From assembly GCF_964204645.1 (NCBI RefSeq), contig NC_134026.1, positions 9,571,950 through 9,635,949 on the forward strand: a stretch of DNA of 64,000 nt, read 5' to 3'. Each line of letters starts with the position of its first letter. Position 1 is the first letter of the stretch. The stretch comes from Tubulanus polymorphus (lineage: Eukaryota; Animalia; Nemertea). The position numbers and the translations under genes were made by a program. The notes beneath the pieces were generated by a model. The model worked only from the letters and a program-made list of their open reading frames with translations, searched no databases and was not told the DNA's origin. This document shows positions 24,957-39,030 of the stretch, piece by piece.

Positions 24957-27179
24957 CTCACCTGAAAAATACAACCAAGAATAAGGTGCTATGATAATGG
25001 GCAGGCTTATTTGTATCTTTGCCCTATTAACCGAGATATTAATACTGCAAATTGGGCAGAACACAAATCCTCACCTTGAAACATAAAAAAAATAAAAAAG
25101 AATTAAGCGATTGATTTTTGCAAAAAAAAAACCATTTAGACCAACGGCCACGTCACTGCATATCATATCAATAGCAGTAGCACTTGATATAAATTACAAA
25201 AATTGGCTGTCAAAAATATACAATAAAGAAAAAATTCATTGTGCAACACCGGTGCTTAGTTCCAAGCTTCAAGGCCTAAATATGCTAGAATTCTGTATCA
25301 CTATAGGCCTACTACTAGGGGGCCTAAATAAGTGAAACTAATTAGTAAGCAGGCATGGCTATAGGCCGGTCCATGTCCTACAATGAACCTGTAACAATGA
25401 CAGGTTGGTACCGGTATTTGGATTATAATCTAGGCTGATTCAGCAGGTTAGCTGTAGCCTACTGTGCAGTGGTAAAAGTATCAGCCTGTAGCGCGGAATA
25501 TCAGTCAGCACATCAGGTTTGGTTTCTATGATGATCGGACTGTTTTACAAACCACGACAATTCCTATACCGGTAGGTATTTGTAGGCCTATTTGTATATA
25601 CTCTAGGGCCTCTCTAAGTTCTGGATATTATCAACGTTGGCAGTAAAAGTACAAATTACAAGCCTATCTGAGATGACTCGGTCAAGACTAGAGATAGGGC
25701 CTAATACTACTAGTAAGGTCAGATGTAGTCTAGTACCTAGCCGTTGTTTTCCAAACAGGTTGTAGGTAGGGAACCGTAACAACAACTGTTGAACAGCAGT
25801 TGTTACAGTCTGTTCAGACTAGTACTAGGTCAGATGGTATTCAGGCCATCAGGGATTAGCTGGGAGGAGGCCTTTATTTTATTAGATAATAGCTTACCAC
25901 CAACCGATTACTAAATACTAACAAGGACAGGTTACTCACATCCAATGTGCTAGTGCTGGTGTACTATAGGCCTATAAGTATAGTTGAATGTGTGTGTAAA
26001 TGAATTTAGCGTTTTCTGCAATCCTGATTAGAAATGCGGTACAATGTATGTCAATATAAGAAATTTTGTAGCCAGAATTTTAATGAAACGGGCGTAAATG
26101 TAGTAATGAAAATATTGCACGTCCACCGGTTGTTTACAACGCAGCAACGACCTTCAACGTAGTCTGAATACCGGTCGTTGTTACCGGTTCCCTAGAACGA
26201 CGGCTAGGTACTAGACTACCTTCAACGCAGCAACGAACTAACCGGTAGCCCTAAATACCGAACAAAACCGTTAAATACCGACTTTATGTCACTAATCAAT
26301 TTTAGATGCGGGCATAAGGCTAATTTATTTTCGTGTGAAATCGATCTTTTTGGGATATTTCGCTTAACTTTTTGAACACATACCCTAAATTGGTCTTAAC
26401 GACCAGTGTACGGTAACTGTGCAGCCTGAATAAATCCTCGTTTTATAGCCATTTTAGACTGTATTGAATTATTGCCAAAGGGTTTTCATTTTCTCGTGTC
26501 GAAAACAGAAAAGATCAGCCATTTTTTGAAATTCTAAGATGTTTCTTGTGTTTCCGTGCCTACGAACCATGATTTTCTTTGAATAATTTGCAAACATTTT
26601 CAAATGGCAAGGGCCTAGGCATAGAAAAATATTGTTAAAATTGATTTACGTAACGGTAGTTCATTAAATGGGGTCTATTTTCTCTAATTGAAATGAGTTA
26701 AAGAAGACTTTTTTTTAGTAATCCTCCAATGCAAAACAGTTTAAAATGGATAAAACGATGATTTACTTACAGTTTCACTGGTCGTATTAAGACCTAATTG
26801 AGGTACCCGGTATGTGTTGAAAAGTTTAGTTTATAGGGAACTCAAAAAATCGATGTCAGACCAAAAAAAAATTAGAATTTAGGAACGGACATGCAGATAT
26901 GTCAGGCATACACTGCTAGTCTATTCACTTTTGTGTTTCATCAGTTTTCTCGAGATAATTTGTAACTTTTGTGAGCAAATACTTCAAACTAATGCCATTC
27001 AAGCCAGAACTGTGCAGTCGGACATCGTTTTTGTATCCATCTTAAACACTGTATTGAAGGATTGTTAAAAAGTCTTCTTAAACTTATTTATGACAGAGAA
27101 AAGAGACTTCACGAATCGCACCGGTTCTTGAAAGATCATAATTACATCAGGGCAATATCTAATCTTGCATTGATTGTAC

Positions 27180-30080
27180 TAGTCATGTCCTACAATTCTA
27201 CATTCAGTTATGTGGCATATAAAACCCATCATATCTGGACACTACCTAATCATAAAATGATTTTACTATTTATGTCTATTACTACATATGTCCTACAATT
27301 CTATATATACAATTCTATATCGCTGGCATATAAAACCCTTCATATTGGCACATTTCGTAATGATGAAGTGATTTTACTATTTTTATATGTCCTACAAATC
27401 TATAATTAGTTAGGCAGCATAGAAAACTCGACTCGTAAGAAACTACCTACGGTAATCATAAAGCATTTTACTATTTATATATGTCTTACAATACTGCATC
27501 AGCTAAGTGCAGTACAAATTTATATTCAGTTAGGTGGCATATAAAACTATCATATCAGGGCGCTATTTGTGGATGTCTTACAATTCTACATTCAGTTGCG
27601 TGGCATATAAACCCACGGCATCAGGACACTGCCTGATAATTTTACTATTCGTATATTTCCTACAAATCTACATACATTTTAAGTGGCGTATAAAACCATT
27701 CATATTAGGACAATGGACACTCTCTAATTATGAAGTGATTTTACTATTTATATATGTCCTACAATTCTACCTTCAGTTAAGTGGCATATAAAACCCTTTA
27801 TATTGGGACACTCTCTAATGATGAAGTGATTTTACTATTTATATATGTCCTACAATTCTACCTTCAGTTAAGTGGAATATAAAACCCTTTATATTGGGAC
27901 ACTCTCTAATTATGAAGTGATTTTACTATTCATATATGTCCTACAATTCTACATTCAGTTAAGTGGCATATAAAACCCTTTATATTGGGACACTCTCTAA
28001 TGATGAAGTGATTTTACTATTTATATATGTCCTACAATTCTACCTTCAGTTAAGTGGCATATAAAGCCCTTTATATTGGGACACTCTCTAATGATGAAGT
28101 GATTTTACTATTTATATATGTCCTACAATTCTACCTTCAGTTAAGTGGAATATAAAACCCTTTATATTGGGACACTCTCTAATGATGAAGTGATTTTACT
28201 ATTTATATATGTCCTACAATTCTACCTTCAGTTAAGTGGAATATAAAACCCTTTATATTGGGACACTCTAATTATGAAGTGATTTTACTATTTATGTATG
28301 CCCTACAATTCTTTAATCAGTTTCGCAACATATAGAACTCATCATCAAATTTATATTCATTTAGGGGGTATTTAAAACTATTCATGTCAGGACACTACCG
28401 AATCCTGAAATGATTTTACTATTTGTGTAGGTCCTACAATTGTACATGATCAGTTGCGTGGCATATAAAACCTACGGCATCAGGACACTGCCTAATGATT
28501 TTACTATTCGTACATGTCCTACAAATCTACATACATTTTAAGTGGCGTATAAAACCATTCATATTAGGACAATGGATAATCATGCCATTATTTTACTATT
28601 TGATTATGTCCTGCAATTCTACATCCAATTAAGTGGCACATATATCGGGACACTGCCTAATCGTGAAGTGATTTCACTATTTATATATGTCTTACAATTC
28701 TACATCCAGTTAAATGTCATATGAAAAAAATCGTTCATACCTATTGGGACACTCTCTAATTATGAAGTGATTTTACTATTCGTATATGTCCTACAATTCT
28801 ACATACATTTAAGTTGCGTATAAAACCATTAGTGTCAGGACACTAGATAATCATGGCGTTATTTCACTATTTAAATATGCCCTGCAATTCTACATTCAAG
28901 TAAGTGGCATATAAAAACATTAAAATCCGGACACTACCCAATCATGCAGTAATATTATTTATCAAAAATCCATAGGAGCAAAAACAATACAAATCTCATT
29001 TTCTAATGAGTAATATATATTTATTATAGTAAACGTTTTCGGGAGTTACATTATCCCCTCTTCAGGCATAGCGCGCAAGTGATTAAATTTTCATATAATA
29101 CGTTTTTAGATAATTAACTACTAGTCAAATATATTCACTCAGTAATTTAGATTGTGTATAATTAATTATCTTTATATTGTAATCATCTTGTCACTCAGTT
29201 AATTGAAATTGTTTGTAATTAGCTTCGTCCTATTCTATATAAATACCAGTATGATATGAACATTTAATCACTTGCGCGCTATGCCTGAAGAGGGGATAAT
29301 GTTACTCCGGAAAACGTTCGCTACAATAAATATATATTACTCATTACAAAATGCGATTTGTATGGTTTTTGCTCCTATGGATTTTTAATTATCTTGACCC
29401 TCTACCTAAGAACTAATATTATTTATATATGTCCTGTAATTCTACATTACGCTGCGTGGCATACAAAAGCATATCAGGACACTGCCTAATCATGAAATGA
29501 TTTTACTATTCATATATGTCCTACAAATTTACATACATTTAAGTGGCGTATAAAAACCCTTCGTATCAGCCCACTAGATAATCGCGACGTTATTTTACTA
29601 TTCATTATGTCCCGCAATTCTACATTCAGTAAAGTGGCATATAAAACCCACCATATCTGGACACTCCCTAATGATGAAGTGATTTTACTATTTATATATG
29701 TCCTACAATTCTACATGCAGTAAAATAGCATATAAAACCCATCATATCACACACTACCTAATTATGAAGTGATTTTACTAATTGTATCTACACATCTACA
29801 TTCAGTTTATTGGCATATAAAACTATTCATATCTGGACACTACCTAATCATAGAGTTATTATAATATTCATATTACACACTACCTAATTATGAAGTGATT
29901 TTACTAATTGTATCTACACATCTACATTCAGTTTATTGGCATATAAAACTATTCATATCTGGACACTACCTAGTCACAGAGTTATTATAATATTCATGTC
30001 CCCCAATTATGCATTCATTTAAGTGGCATATAAAATCAATTATATCAAGACACTACGTAATCATGACGTGATTTTACTAC
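27180..30080 (+). repeat. 91-bp satellite array, homogeneous core with degenerate flanks
   Basis: gaagtgattttacta at 27732, 27823, 27914, 28005 and onward. Confidence 0.9.
28964..29386. mobile_element. Foldback/MITE with ~125-bp inverted arms inserted in the satellite
   Basis: aaaaatccataggagcaaaaac...cttcaggcatagcgcgcaagtgattaaa mirrored at ~29263-29386. Confidence 0.8.
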
Positions 30081-31771
30081 AGTCAATCTTGGTGTTTGCC
30101 TATCACTCAGGACTCGGCTTTTTAGTATAGATTAGGTGATGTACGGATACAAGATAACCCATAGTTCTACTAATGAATTATCAACCATATAAACTGATTT
30201 AAGTGCATAACCAGTACAATAGCCGGTTTACAGATGTTTAGATTGTCTACGTAAACTCTTGAACTTAAACTACTATCACACTTGAAAGCAATACGAAATA
30301 CCAGCCATCATTAAATGGAGAAGCTTTAGACTTAGACATTGAGCGATTACTTCTAAGTTACTCATATTTCCCACTGACCTCAATTACTAAATTAGTTGTT
30401 AATATTCTTTTCACTACAGATGTAGGTCTACGTTCCCGACAACTGATACGGGTTACATACATAGTCTAACATAGAAATGGAGAATGGGTCTACGAATTAT
30501 TGAGTACAAATTAGACACACATTATAATGATAAAGCGGGGATGGCATAGCCGAGGTTGACTGTATTCTATTTGTTCCCTGGTACTAACTACAGATAAGGA
30601 AAAAACCTTCCTATCTGAATACTGCCTGATAACAAAATGATTTTCATGATTATGCAATATGGCCTACAATTCTATTAAGCATATCAAGCGTATTTGTTTG
30701 TATCATTAAATATCCCATAAATGGTTTCTGACAATGACAACTACTTTTGAGTTTATCAAGTCGGCAAACCATGGTTTTGATGATTTCAAAATATCAATGC
30801 AATACATACTTCGGACAATAAACAGTAATGATACACTTGTATTGATCTAATCAAAGAATGAAGTCCATCTCTATTCGATTTACATAAAAAAGAATTCCTT
30901 CAATGCAGTGTATGTAAAACGAATAAAGAATCGACGGTTAAGTTCAAAGCACGTGCTGGTCGTTTTAAGGCATGTACCTCTAAAGCAGAGTACATAATGG
31001 TACCCTTCGTCCATTTAAAAAAGTTGAAATATACTGCATTTGGCCTATGGATAAATGTCTCCAATGATGTTACATGTAAAAAGGACATGCAAGATCGGCA
31101 AACTAATAAAGAAAGCTTACCTTTTTCCTTTTTGGCTAGGCTTAGACTCAATGTTCTCGCATCACCGCGAATAGTAACTGGACATGCGCATTGACCTATC
31201 GGTCGAGTTCATTGTTTGCTGTAGGAGATGAACCCTACCGAACCTCGAAGCAAAGGATTATTTTAATTGCCCAATGAATTTCATATGAACAATGTGTTGA
31301 GAACACGCGTTTTTGGAAAAAAATATATCTTAATGTTCTTGAAGATTCTTGCAGTTTGTAAGTGTAAATCATATACACACTACACAGCCGTACACCCTGC
31401 TCTGCTCTGTATGGGCTCTCCCGAACTTCCGGAGTTCTGCCAGGTGATGGTTTCTCCTAACTTCTGACGTAGAAAAAGGGGCGGAGCTTATCTGTTCTAA
31501 CCGTCAGATGGGGCTGCTGTATTGCTTTATATATAAATATCTTTGTCAGACCCGATTACGCCTACGACTGCAAGTGGGTGATTGAACAATTTTCTGAGCG
31601 TTTGCAAGGTGTAACAATTACGGGACACTTTGTATGCCCCGTAATTTTTCACCACCCCGCAACAAGGAAATTAAAAAGACAAACGCCCCGTTAATCGTAC
31701 ATTATCTTAGTATATATATACACATATCAGTAAAACTGCATGTGGTTTATTAAACTTTCATACAATAACAA

Positions 31772-32300
31772 CAAGAGGCCCACGGGCCTTGTACTTTCAT
31801 GATGCAGTAGAGGAAGAATGATTCAGTATATAAAGTTTTACATTGTAACGATGTAACAAGTTTTAAAATAGTTAAGAGGTATAGCCGATAGGCTATGTGG
31901 CGATAATGTTCATTTTCTGTTAATATATCCTTCCATGAAAAGACAAGCCCATTTTAGCTGCCCCAAAGATCATACTACATGAAAAAATGCATCAAGAATT
32001 GGTGTAGGCATCGTGCTGAAAAGAAATCCAAGATGGATAGCAACCCTGGTGGCCATACTTGAACTCAATGAATTTTCAATAAGGGGTAGACATTTCACCT
32101 ACCAAGTCTGACACCTAGTATCCTTAAAATGCATCAAGAATTGCAAGATGGCTGACCTGGCGGCCATATTTGAAGGCCGATGACCTCCATATACAAAAGG
32201 CATGGACAGCTTGACCCTGATCCTGACACCACATTTTGTGGAAATCAATCAAGATCTGGGGCTGCATCCTGCAAACAAGAAATTAAAGATGGCCACCCCA
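31772..32300. repeat. HINE/Helentron-like non-autonomous repeat
   Basis: Starts aacaagaggcccacgggcctt; repeated aagatgg...ggccata motifs, similar to 50720-51470. Confidence 0.4.
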
Positions 32301-32314
32301 CGATGTAATTGTTA

Positions 32315-32756
32315 TTGACTTCCTATTGTATAGGCCTAACCCAGGCAGTCCTCCTTATTACCGAGATGACATGAAATATAGCATATTTATTTATTCCTTA
32401 TCGATTTTAACACTTGAAATGATGTTATATCAGTAAAATAAATACCTTCTAGTCATATTTTAAATATTTTTCCGGATATTTTGTAAAAAAAATTTTGACT
32501 TCAAATACGTAATCTCGGTTAGCAATAAAATTTTATTAAATTTGATTGATCGACGATCTCTTGGTAAAGTTAAAAATTATTTTTCTACAAAAATATCTGA
32601 CAAAATATGTAAAATATGACTCCAGCAGGCATTTATAACTGATATAATATGATTTCAAGTGTTAAAATCGATAAGGAATAAATAAATGTTATATTTCATG
32701 TCATCTCGGTAATAAGGACTGCCTGGGTTAGGCCTATACAATAGGAAGGAGTCAAT
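32315..32756. mobile_element. Long foldback element with inverted arms over 130 bp
   Basis: ttcctattgtataggcctaacccaggcagtcc...cttatcgattttaacacttgaaat mirrored at ~32610-32756. Confidence 0.85.
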
Positions 32757-33257
32757 TAAGATTCGACTTTTTGAAAAACCAGCACAGATGCCTCTTCAAA
32801 TCACATGTAATTAAAACATTCAGTGCTGCTTCTTAGTTTGATGTCCCTATTTTCATCGCGCATGTGGTTAAAATTATTGTCTACATCGAACGTCTTCAAC
32901 AGCTGATACAACCGCACCCGCCTTATCACAGGTGCACTCTGCCGCCGTGATTCGCCCATTCAACGATAAAAACTTTCCCACGGTCTTATTTTTGGCATTT
33001 TCTAATAATTTGGGGAAATATTTTTAAAAAGCGAAATTTCACAGTCTGCATTAATAAGATTAAAGTATTTATTCGTTTGACAAATCTTCCTCTGAACTCC
33101 CAACAAGTTATAAGTGGCGACACGAAAATGACGTCATCGACTCACTACCATCTTATAACCTTCATGACTACGTCATGAAGGTAAAAATCACCAGCACTTC
33201 AAAATTTTGGGTGAAATAACTTCAAAAGTGGAGTTCCACAAAAGTCTACGTTAATAC

Positions 33258-33380
33258 CAATCCCCTCACAGGATTCGAACCTGATGGCATCGAGACAGCC
33301 TTGGTACGAACCTGCAACACTGGTTTCTAGCTATGGTTGAGTTAAGCGATACCTTCAGGTTTGAATCCCAGTCGAGGATG
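33258..33380. mobile_element. Short member of the tRNA-box foldback MITE family (see 63651-63975)
   Basis: ggattcgaacctgatggcatcgaga shared with 63667-63691; inverted caggtttgaatccc..gaggatg. Confidence 0.6.
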
Positions 33381-33389
33381 TTGATATCT

Positions 33390-33679
33390 AGGCCACACCA
33401 AAAGAAAAGCCTGTTTCTCGGACCCGACCGACACGATATTTCGTCGTTTCAAATAATAATTTTCAGAATAAAATATAATTGCCTACCGACCCTTTTTCAA
33501 AATTTTGGGTGAAATAATATTTTAAAAAAATTGGTCCAGTAAAAAGTATATTTACGACGACCTACCCCATTTTCAAAAGTAGACCCAAATTTCTTTTCTA
33601 TGAAAAGACTCCCTACCTACATACCCATTTTGGAGATTGCCCCGCCGGAGAAACAGGATTTTTTTTTTTGGTGTGGCCT
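33390..33679. mobile_element. MITE with AGGCCACACCAAAA terminal inverted repeats
   Basis: aggccacaccaaaagaaaagcctgtttctc ... gagaaacaggattttttttttttggtgtggcct. Confidence 0.8.
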
Positions 33680-35967
33680 TTGTGTATGCCATTATTTCAT
33701 CATTTTCTTTTTCTCAATCAGATTATACATTTTACTTTTAATTACTAGCCAGTTTCTGTTTTGTAAGCAAGGAGCCAGCCTCTTGCATTGATCTATTTGG
33801 TGCCTTTTAGGCACAACTAAAGTCCGTAAATTTGTAGCTAAATGCTTTTCTAAAGCAGCAATTTCAACGTCTGACCAAGGCTGACGATTCGTCACCGATT
33901 TTCTCTTTTTTGCATCATTCTTTCCGCATTTCTTTGATATATCTCCAGTCGTGGATGATACTACAATATAAAAAGACCAATTAGCAGACAAAATTAAAGA
34001 GGCAGCTAACAAAGAAATTAAAAGCATGAGGCACAAGTGTTGGGGTGATCAGTTTGCACATGTGTAATAAACCAATGTGAAGGCTTTAGCTCTCAAAAGA
34101 TTGTGCATTCAAAGCTTACATGATGCATTGGTATTTCGTCTCATGAAGAAGAAATTTAAAGGAATACTTAATCATAACCTTTTTCTGTAACCTATAAACA
34201 AAGTCAGAAATTTGCATGCTATATAATATACGCACCATTAACTTCTCGCTTTCTTTTTGCGGCAAGACCAGCAGATTTTGGAACTGTAATGAAATATTAT
34301 CACAGCTTAGTAAAATGTTGCAAGAGCAATCATATATTGATTCTAAATAATTTGACTCTAAAGAGTGCATGCAACCATTTCTGGATCAAGAGTTCACATG
34401 ACAGAGTTCAATCGGCTTATTTATAGATTAACAACAAATGATGTCAACTATTTCCTGTCACCGTGATCAACAAAAAATCTCCCAATATACCCAAGGCTAT
34501 AGGCTAAAATAAAAATGTTATTATTGAAAAAAATCTAAGCAGTATGCTTCACATTTCCAGCTTGGACTAAAAATAAGTCTGAAATGTAAACATTATGTGG
34601 CTAAAGTGACGATAAAGTTATCATAAACCTAGCTTGAAATTTCAATGAAGTTTATTTATGTACATACCTGACTGTGATATCAACACTTTCCACACGGAAC
34701 ATAGATTTTAGAAGATGTTTCTCAAACTTAGATAAAGTTTCATACATTTCATCATCAACATTTTTAGTTTTTCCACCCTTTTGGTAATCGGAAATAGTTA
34801 ATCTGGAGATCTCTCCCTGTCTTCTTTTGTTGAACGACATTACCTCAGCTAATGTTCCAGTAGCAAGATTTGTCCAGTTTGTCGATATTTTCATCATTTT
34901 TCATCTTCAGGTAATCATGAAATCGTTTAACATCTTTCGTTAAGGGTAAAAGCTTTGGCTTGTTGAATTTTTTCAGCCGTACAGTTCTCAGAGCACAACT
35001 TGAGATTTTTGTGTGTCAATCACAAGTACTCAATTTACCAAAATCTTTCGCACGTTTTCTTAATTCTGAGTCACCTGTTCTTAATGCCTGGCCAGAAAGA
35101 ATTTCAGCACATCGATTTAGGTTATGGCCCAAATCTAGCGCTAGTGAAGGTAAACCAAATGAGCCATTTTCATATCTAGATACTTGCCGAACAGCAACTA
35201 CAACTGTGTCAAACTTTCTAGGATCTATGGCATCACCCAAACATTGAATATCAGGGCGCATAACATCCACAAGTCTAGCTAACTGGCGCATTTTTTTTTT
35301 AATGTTGGCATACTGATGCTTCTGACCTTTGCAGCGTTCAAATTTTTTGGTTCCGAATTCCAAAATAAGCGGGTCATTTTTCACAATTAGGCTCAACCGA
35401 TCAGGGTGTAATCTTCCCAATATGTCGTTTTTGAAATCATCATTCAATTCAGTAGCTTTGGAAGGCAAAAGTAAGGCTGACTTGCTTTGGACTCGTCCTC
35501 GGGACCCTGATTCTGAAGAGATACAGGTTTTTTTGTGCCGCCAAAGAACTTTCCGATAATAAAGATTCAGACAGTTATCACAAAGCAAGTAATCATCAGC
35601 GCAGGTGACTTCTGTCGGCCTCTTCTTCGCAACGATAACACCTTCACCTGCTTTTAAAACGTCACAATTGTGGTTGAAATCCCCTTTTGCTCTTAGCGTA
35701 TCAATTAAATCATTTCTCTCCTTTGACTTTTTTGGTAAAGTTAAAATTCTCTGAATTTCAATTTCTGCGCCATGATCACTATACCAATGACGTGGCACCT
35801 TCGAGTAACCTTTCCCACAAAAAACACAAAAATGTTTTTTAGCTCCTTCACTAGTTGATGATGCAACATATATTTTCTGATCACTGCCAGCAGGAACACA
35901 CTTCTGAGAGTTTCCTAGATGAATGAAAAATAGTCATTGCATCGTTTAAATAGACTATAAAGGTAAT

Positions 35968-36265
35968 CAAACCGAGGACATATGTATATCTGATGTGTAA
36001 ACATGTGGAATAAATTTGGCAATCAAACTGAGGACATATGTATATCTGATGTGTAAACATGTGGAATAATTTTGGCAATCAAACGGAGGACATATGTATA
36101 TCTGATGTGCAAACATGTGGAATAATTTTGGCAATCAAACTGAGGACATATGTATATCTGATGTCTAAACATGTGGAATCATTTTGGCGATCAAACTGAG
36201 GACATGTATATCTGATGTCTAAACATATGGAATCATTTTAGCGATCAAACTGAGGACATATGTCT
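35968..36265. repeat. 56-bp tandem repeat, ~5 copies, intronic
   Basis: gaggacatatgtatatctgatgt at 35974, 36030, 36086 and 36142. Confidence 0.85.
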
Positions 36266-38412
36266 GGAAGTTTGATAATAACACATAACTATTTTGACAG
36301 ACAACCCCTGATATACCACCATCCCATATAGCGTTACCTTCGCCTACCACCAGCCAGGTTGTCTCAATGTACATCTCTATACATAGTATATATATAATAC
36401 CGCCAAAATCGATCTGCCCTGATGTGGGTGGTATATAAAGCTTAAAAAATAATTACCATCGATAATTGTAGCTGTTGTTTGGCTCTTAGTGTCAGTGTCT
36501 TGCTTCAGGGAATGTTCCACAATTACTTTTGCTGTGACATTTTCTAGAATGAAAATAAGCCTGATTTGAGACCTTACATTTTATCGAATTAAGGATGATT
36601 TTTAAACAAGCGGACACATAAAACCAATTTAACCGAGGACATGATCTCTACCCAACACAAATATTCTTAAAACAACTACCTCTTCCGAATCTAGCAGATT
36701 CTCTGTCATTACCAGTGTCTAGCGTCTGTGATTTGGCTGAGTTCTCAATCACCCTGGATTTAGCTCCGGACTTTTCTAGGAAATAAAGTATACAAGGTTT
36801 TAATTTAAGGCTACACATTTATACCAAACATAAAAGATATACATGTATATCTTTTAACCAGATGCAGTCTTTCAAGGGGGATACCGGATTATGCGATCCT
36901 TGAATCTCACAGGAAACTAATAACAAAACTTATCTTGAACCCGGAGGACTAATTAAATAGAGGGGATAGTAGGTTGATTCCACTGAAAAATATTGGGCTT
37001 GCTATGCACTATTAACAGGGTTTATTTCTTCCCTGCTGACCAAAATTCACTGCTTTTCAATACCACATGAGTTCCCGAAATGGTGTGGCAAATCCAATAC
37101 CCCAATCATCATGTTCAAAAAATACAAAAATGATATATTGTCAGATAAAAATAATTCTATTTTCATTTTTTATCAATCTATTTTCTAATTTAAAATTTAA
37201 AGATTATCCATTTCAAAATTAGTGCCTAAAGAATTATTACCAGTCAAAAGCGGATGAGATAGATACTTACTAGGTTGTTGGAAGCACTTAGGTTCCAGTA
37301 ATGGAACAAAGTGATCAGGATTCCATTTCTTTAAACGCAGCTCACTGTCCGTGGTCCACATAATATATATAGGATTTTTTCTCCTTTTGTTTCGTGGATT
37401 CAGAGTTGTGTTCAAAATTGACACTCTGTTGTCTGTCATTCCACTGACAGCAGGAAAAACTGAGGTAATACTCCTATCAATAACAGTAGCTAATGACTGC
37501 ATGGTGAGAATTGACGAAAATGCATGGTCTGAGGCACAAGCAATGCAAGCGTCCTCATAATCCGGCGAAATAATATCATGACACAGCATATCAGCCATAG
37601 TCCGATAGTGAATATCATGCGTAACCATCTCAATGCATGTACGGACACGTAGTTCGGTTGCAAGATTTTCAAGCCCAGTAAGGGCTACGGATACAGAATT
37701 GAACAGACAGTTGCCATTTCCTGTTACATCAACTGGCATAAGGTTATCACCACCATATGTCTGTAGAATATCACGAGAATATGAATGCACCGAAAGTTGA
37801 TTTTCATTGAACGGTGTAGAATGCAGACCATTTCGACATACTTTAGGACTTTCCACTGATACAGCATTCTTCAATTCCAGAAAACTGATTTTCGCACTTG
37901 CAGAAAATTTTTGCAAGATATTTTCGAAGAAACCTAGATTTAGACCTAAAAATGAAGCATAAAAATTTTTCAACTGGTAAGTTCAATTCTATAATTCCAC
38001 ATCAAATCTCAGGTGCACAACATCAATCATATCTCCAAAACAATTAAATCTTTTAAGATACATTAATAAAAAGGGTAATACAAAAATGTACATCAATTGA
38101 GTGAACAGGTGTGAAAATCAACAATGCAACAACTCAATAATTACCTCTTACTCGCTTCAAATGTGCACTGATGTTATAAATAGGAAATTCCATATCACCA
38201 TCATCATTTGAGCTACCACAATCTGAACTATATACATGTTCAGTATCTGAAAATGCAAGTGGAACCATTTTAATAAAAGAAAATTAGTAAGTGTAACCTT
38301 AACCATTTTTTACAATGAAACTGAGGATATCCATAATCTTAATGTTTTAACAGGTGGAATCATTTTGAAAATAAAGCTGAGGATATATATAACCTTCACT
38401 AACACGAACTTC

Positions 38413-39030
38413 AAAGCTGCCCGTATTGACCCTGCCTATCACTCCTCAAGCTGCCCATATTGACCCTGCTTATTACTCCTCAAGCCGCCCGTATTGACCC
38501 TGCCTATCACTCCTCAAGCTGCCCGTATTGACCCTGCCTATTACTCCTCAAGCCGCCCGTATTGACCCTGCTTATTACTCCTCAAGCCGCCCGTATTGAC
38601 CCTGCCTATCACTCCTCAAGCTGCCCGTATTGACCCTGCCTATTACTCCTCAAGCCGCCCGTATTGACCCTGCTTATTACTCCTCAAGCCGCCCGTATTG
38701 ACCCTGCCTATTACTCCTCAAACCGCCCGTATTGACCCTGCCTATCACTCCTCAAGCCGCCCGTATTGACCCTGCTTATTACTCCTCAAGCCGCCCGTAT
38801 TGACCCTGCCTATCACTCCTCAAACCGCCCGTATTGACCCTGCCTATTACTCCTCAAGCTGCCCGTATTGACCCTGCTTATTACTCCTCAAGCCGCCCGT
38901 ATTGACCCTGCCTATCACTCCTCAAGCCGCCCGTATTGACCCTGCTTATTAATCCTCAAGCCGCCCGTATTGACCCTGCTTATTACTCCTCAAGCCGCTT
39001 GCATCCGCCCAGACTATTACTCAAGCCGCC
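38413..39030. repeat. 33-34-bp GC-rich minisatellite, ~18 copies, intronic
   Basis: caagc(c/t)gcccgtattgaccctgc(c)(t)at(c/t)actcct repeated. Confidence 0.95.

Larger units (their letters stand above)
8008..31710 (-). mobile_element. Large tyrosine-recombinase (Crypton-like) element in a (TA)n tract
   Basis: Left end CTGAAAACATACTATTAACGGGG (8008-8030) versus reverse complement of right end CTAAGATAATGTACGATTAACGGGG (31686-31710); both followed outward by (TA)n; encloses an intact YR gene. Confidence 0.65.

Noticed and set aside
27062-28724. Hydrophobic ORFs 27062-27409, 27534-27791 and 28542-28724
   Set aside because: Translations of the 91-bp satellite
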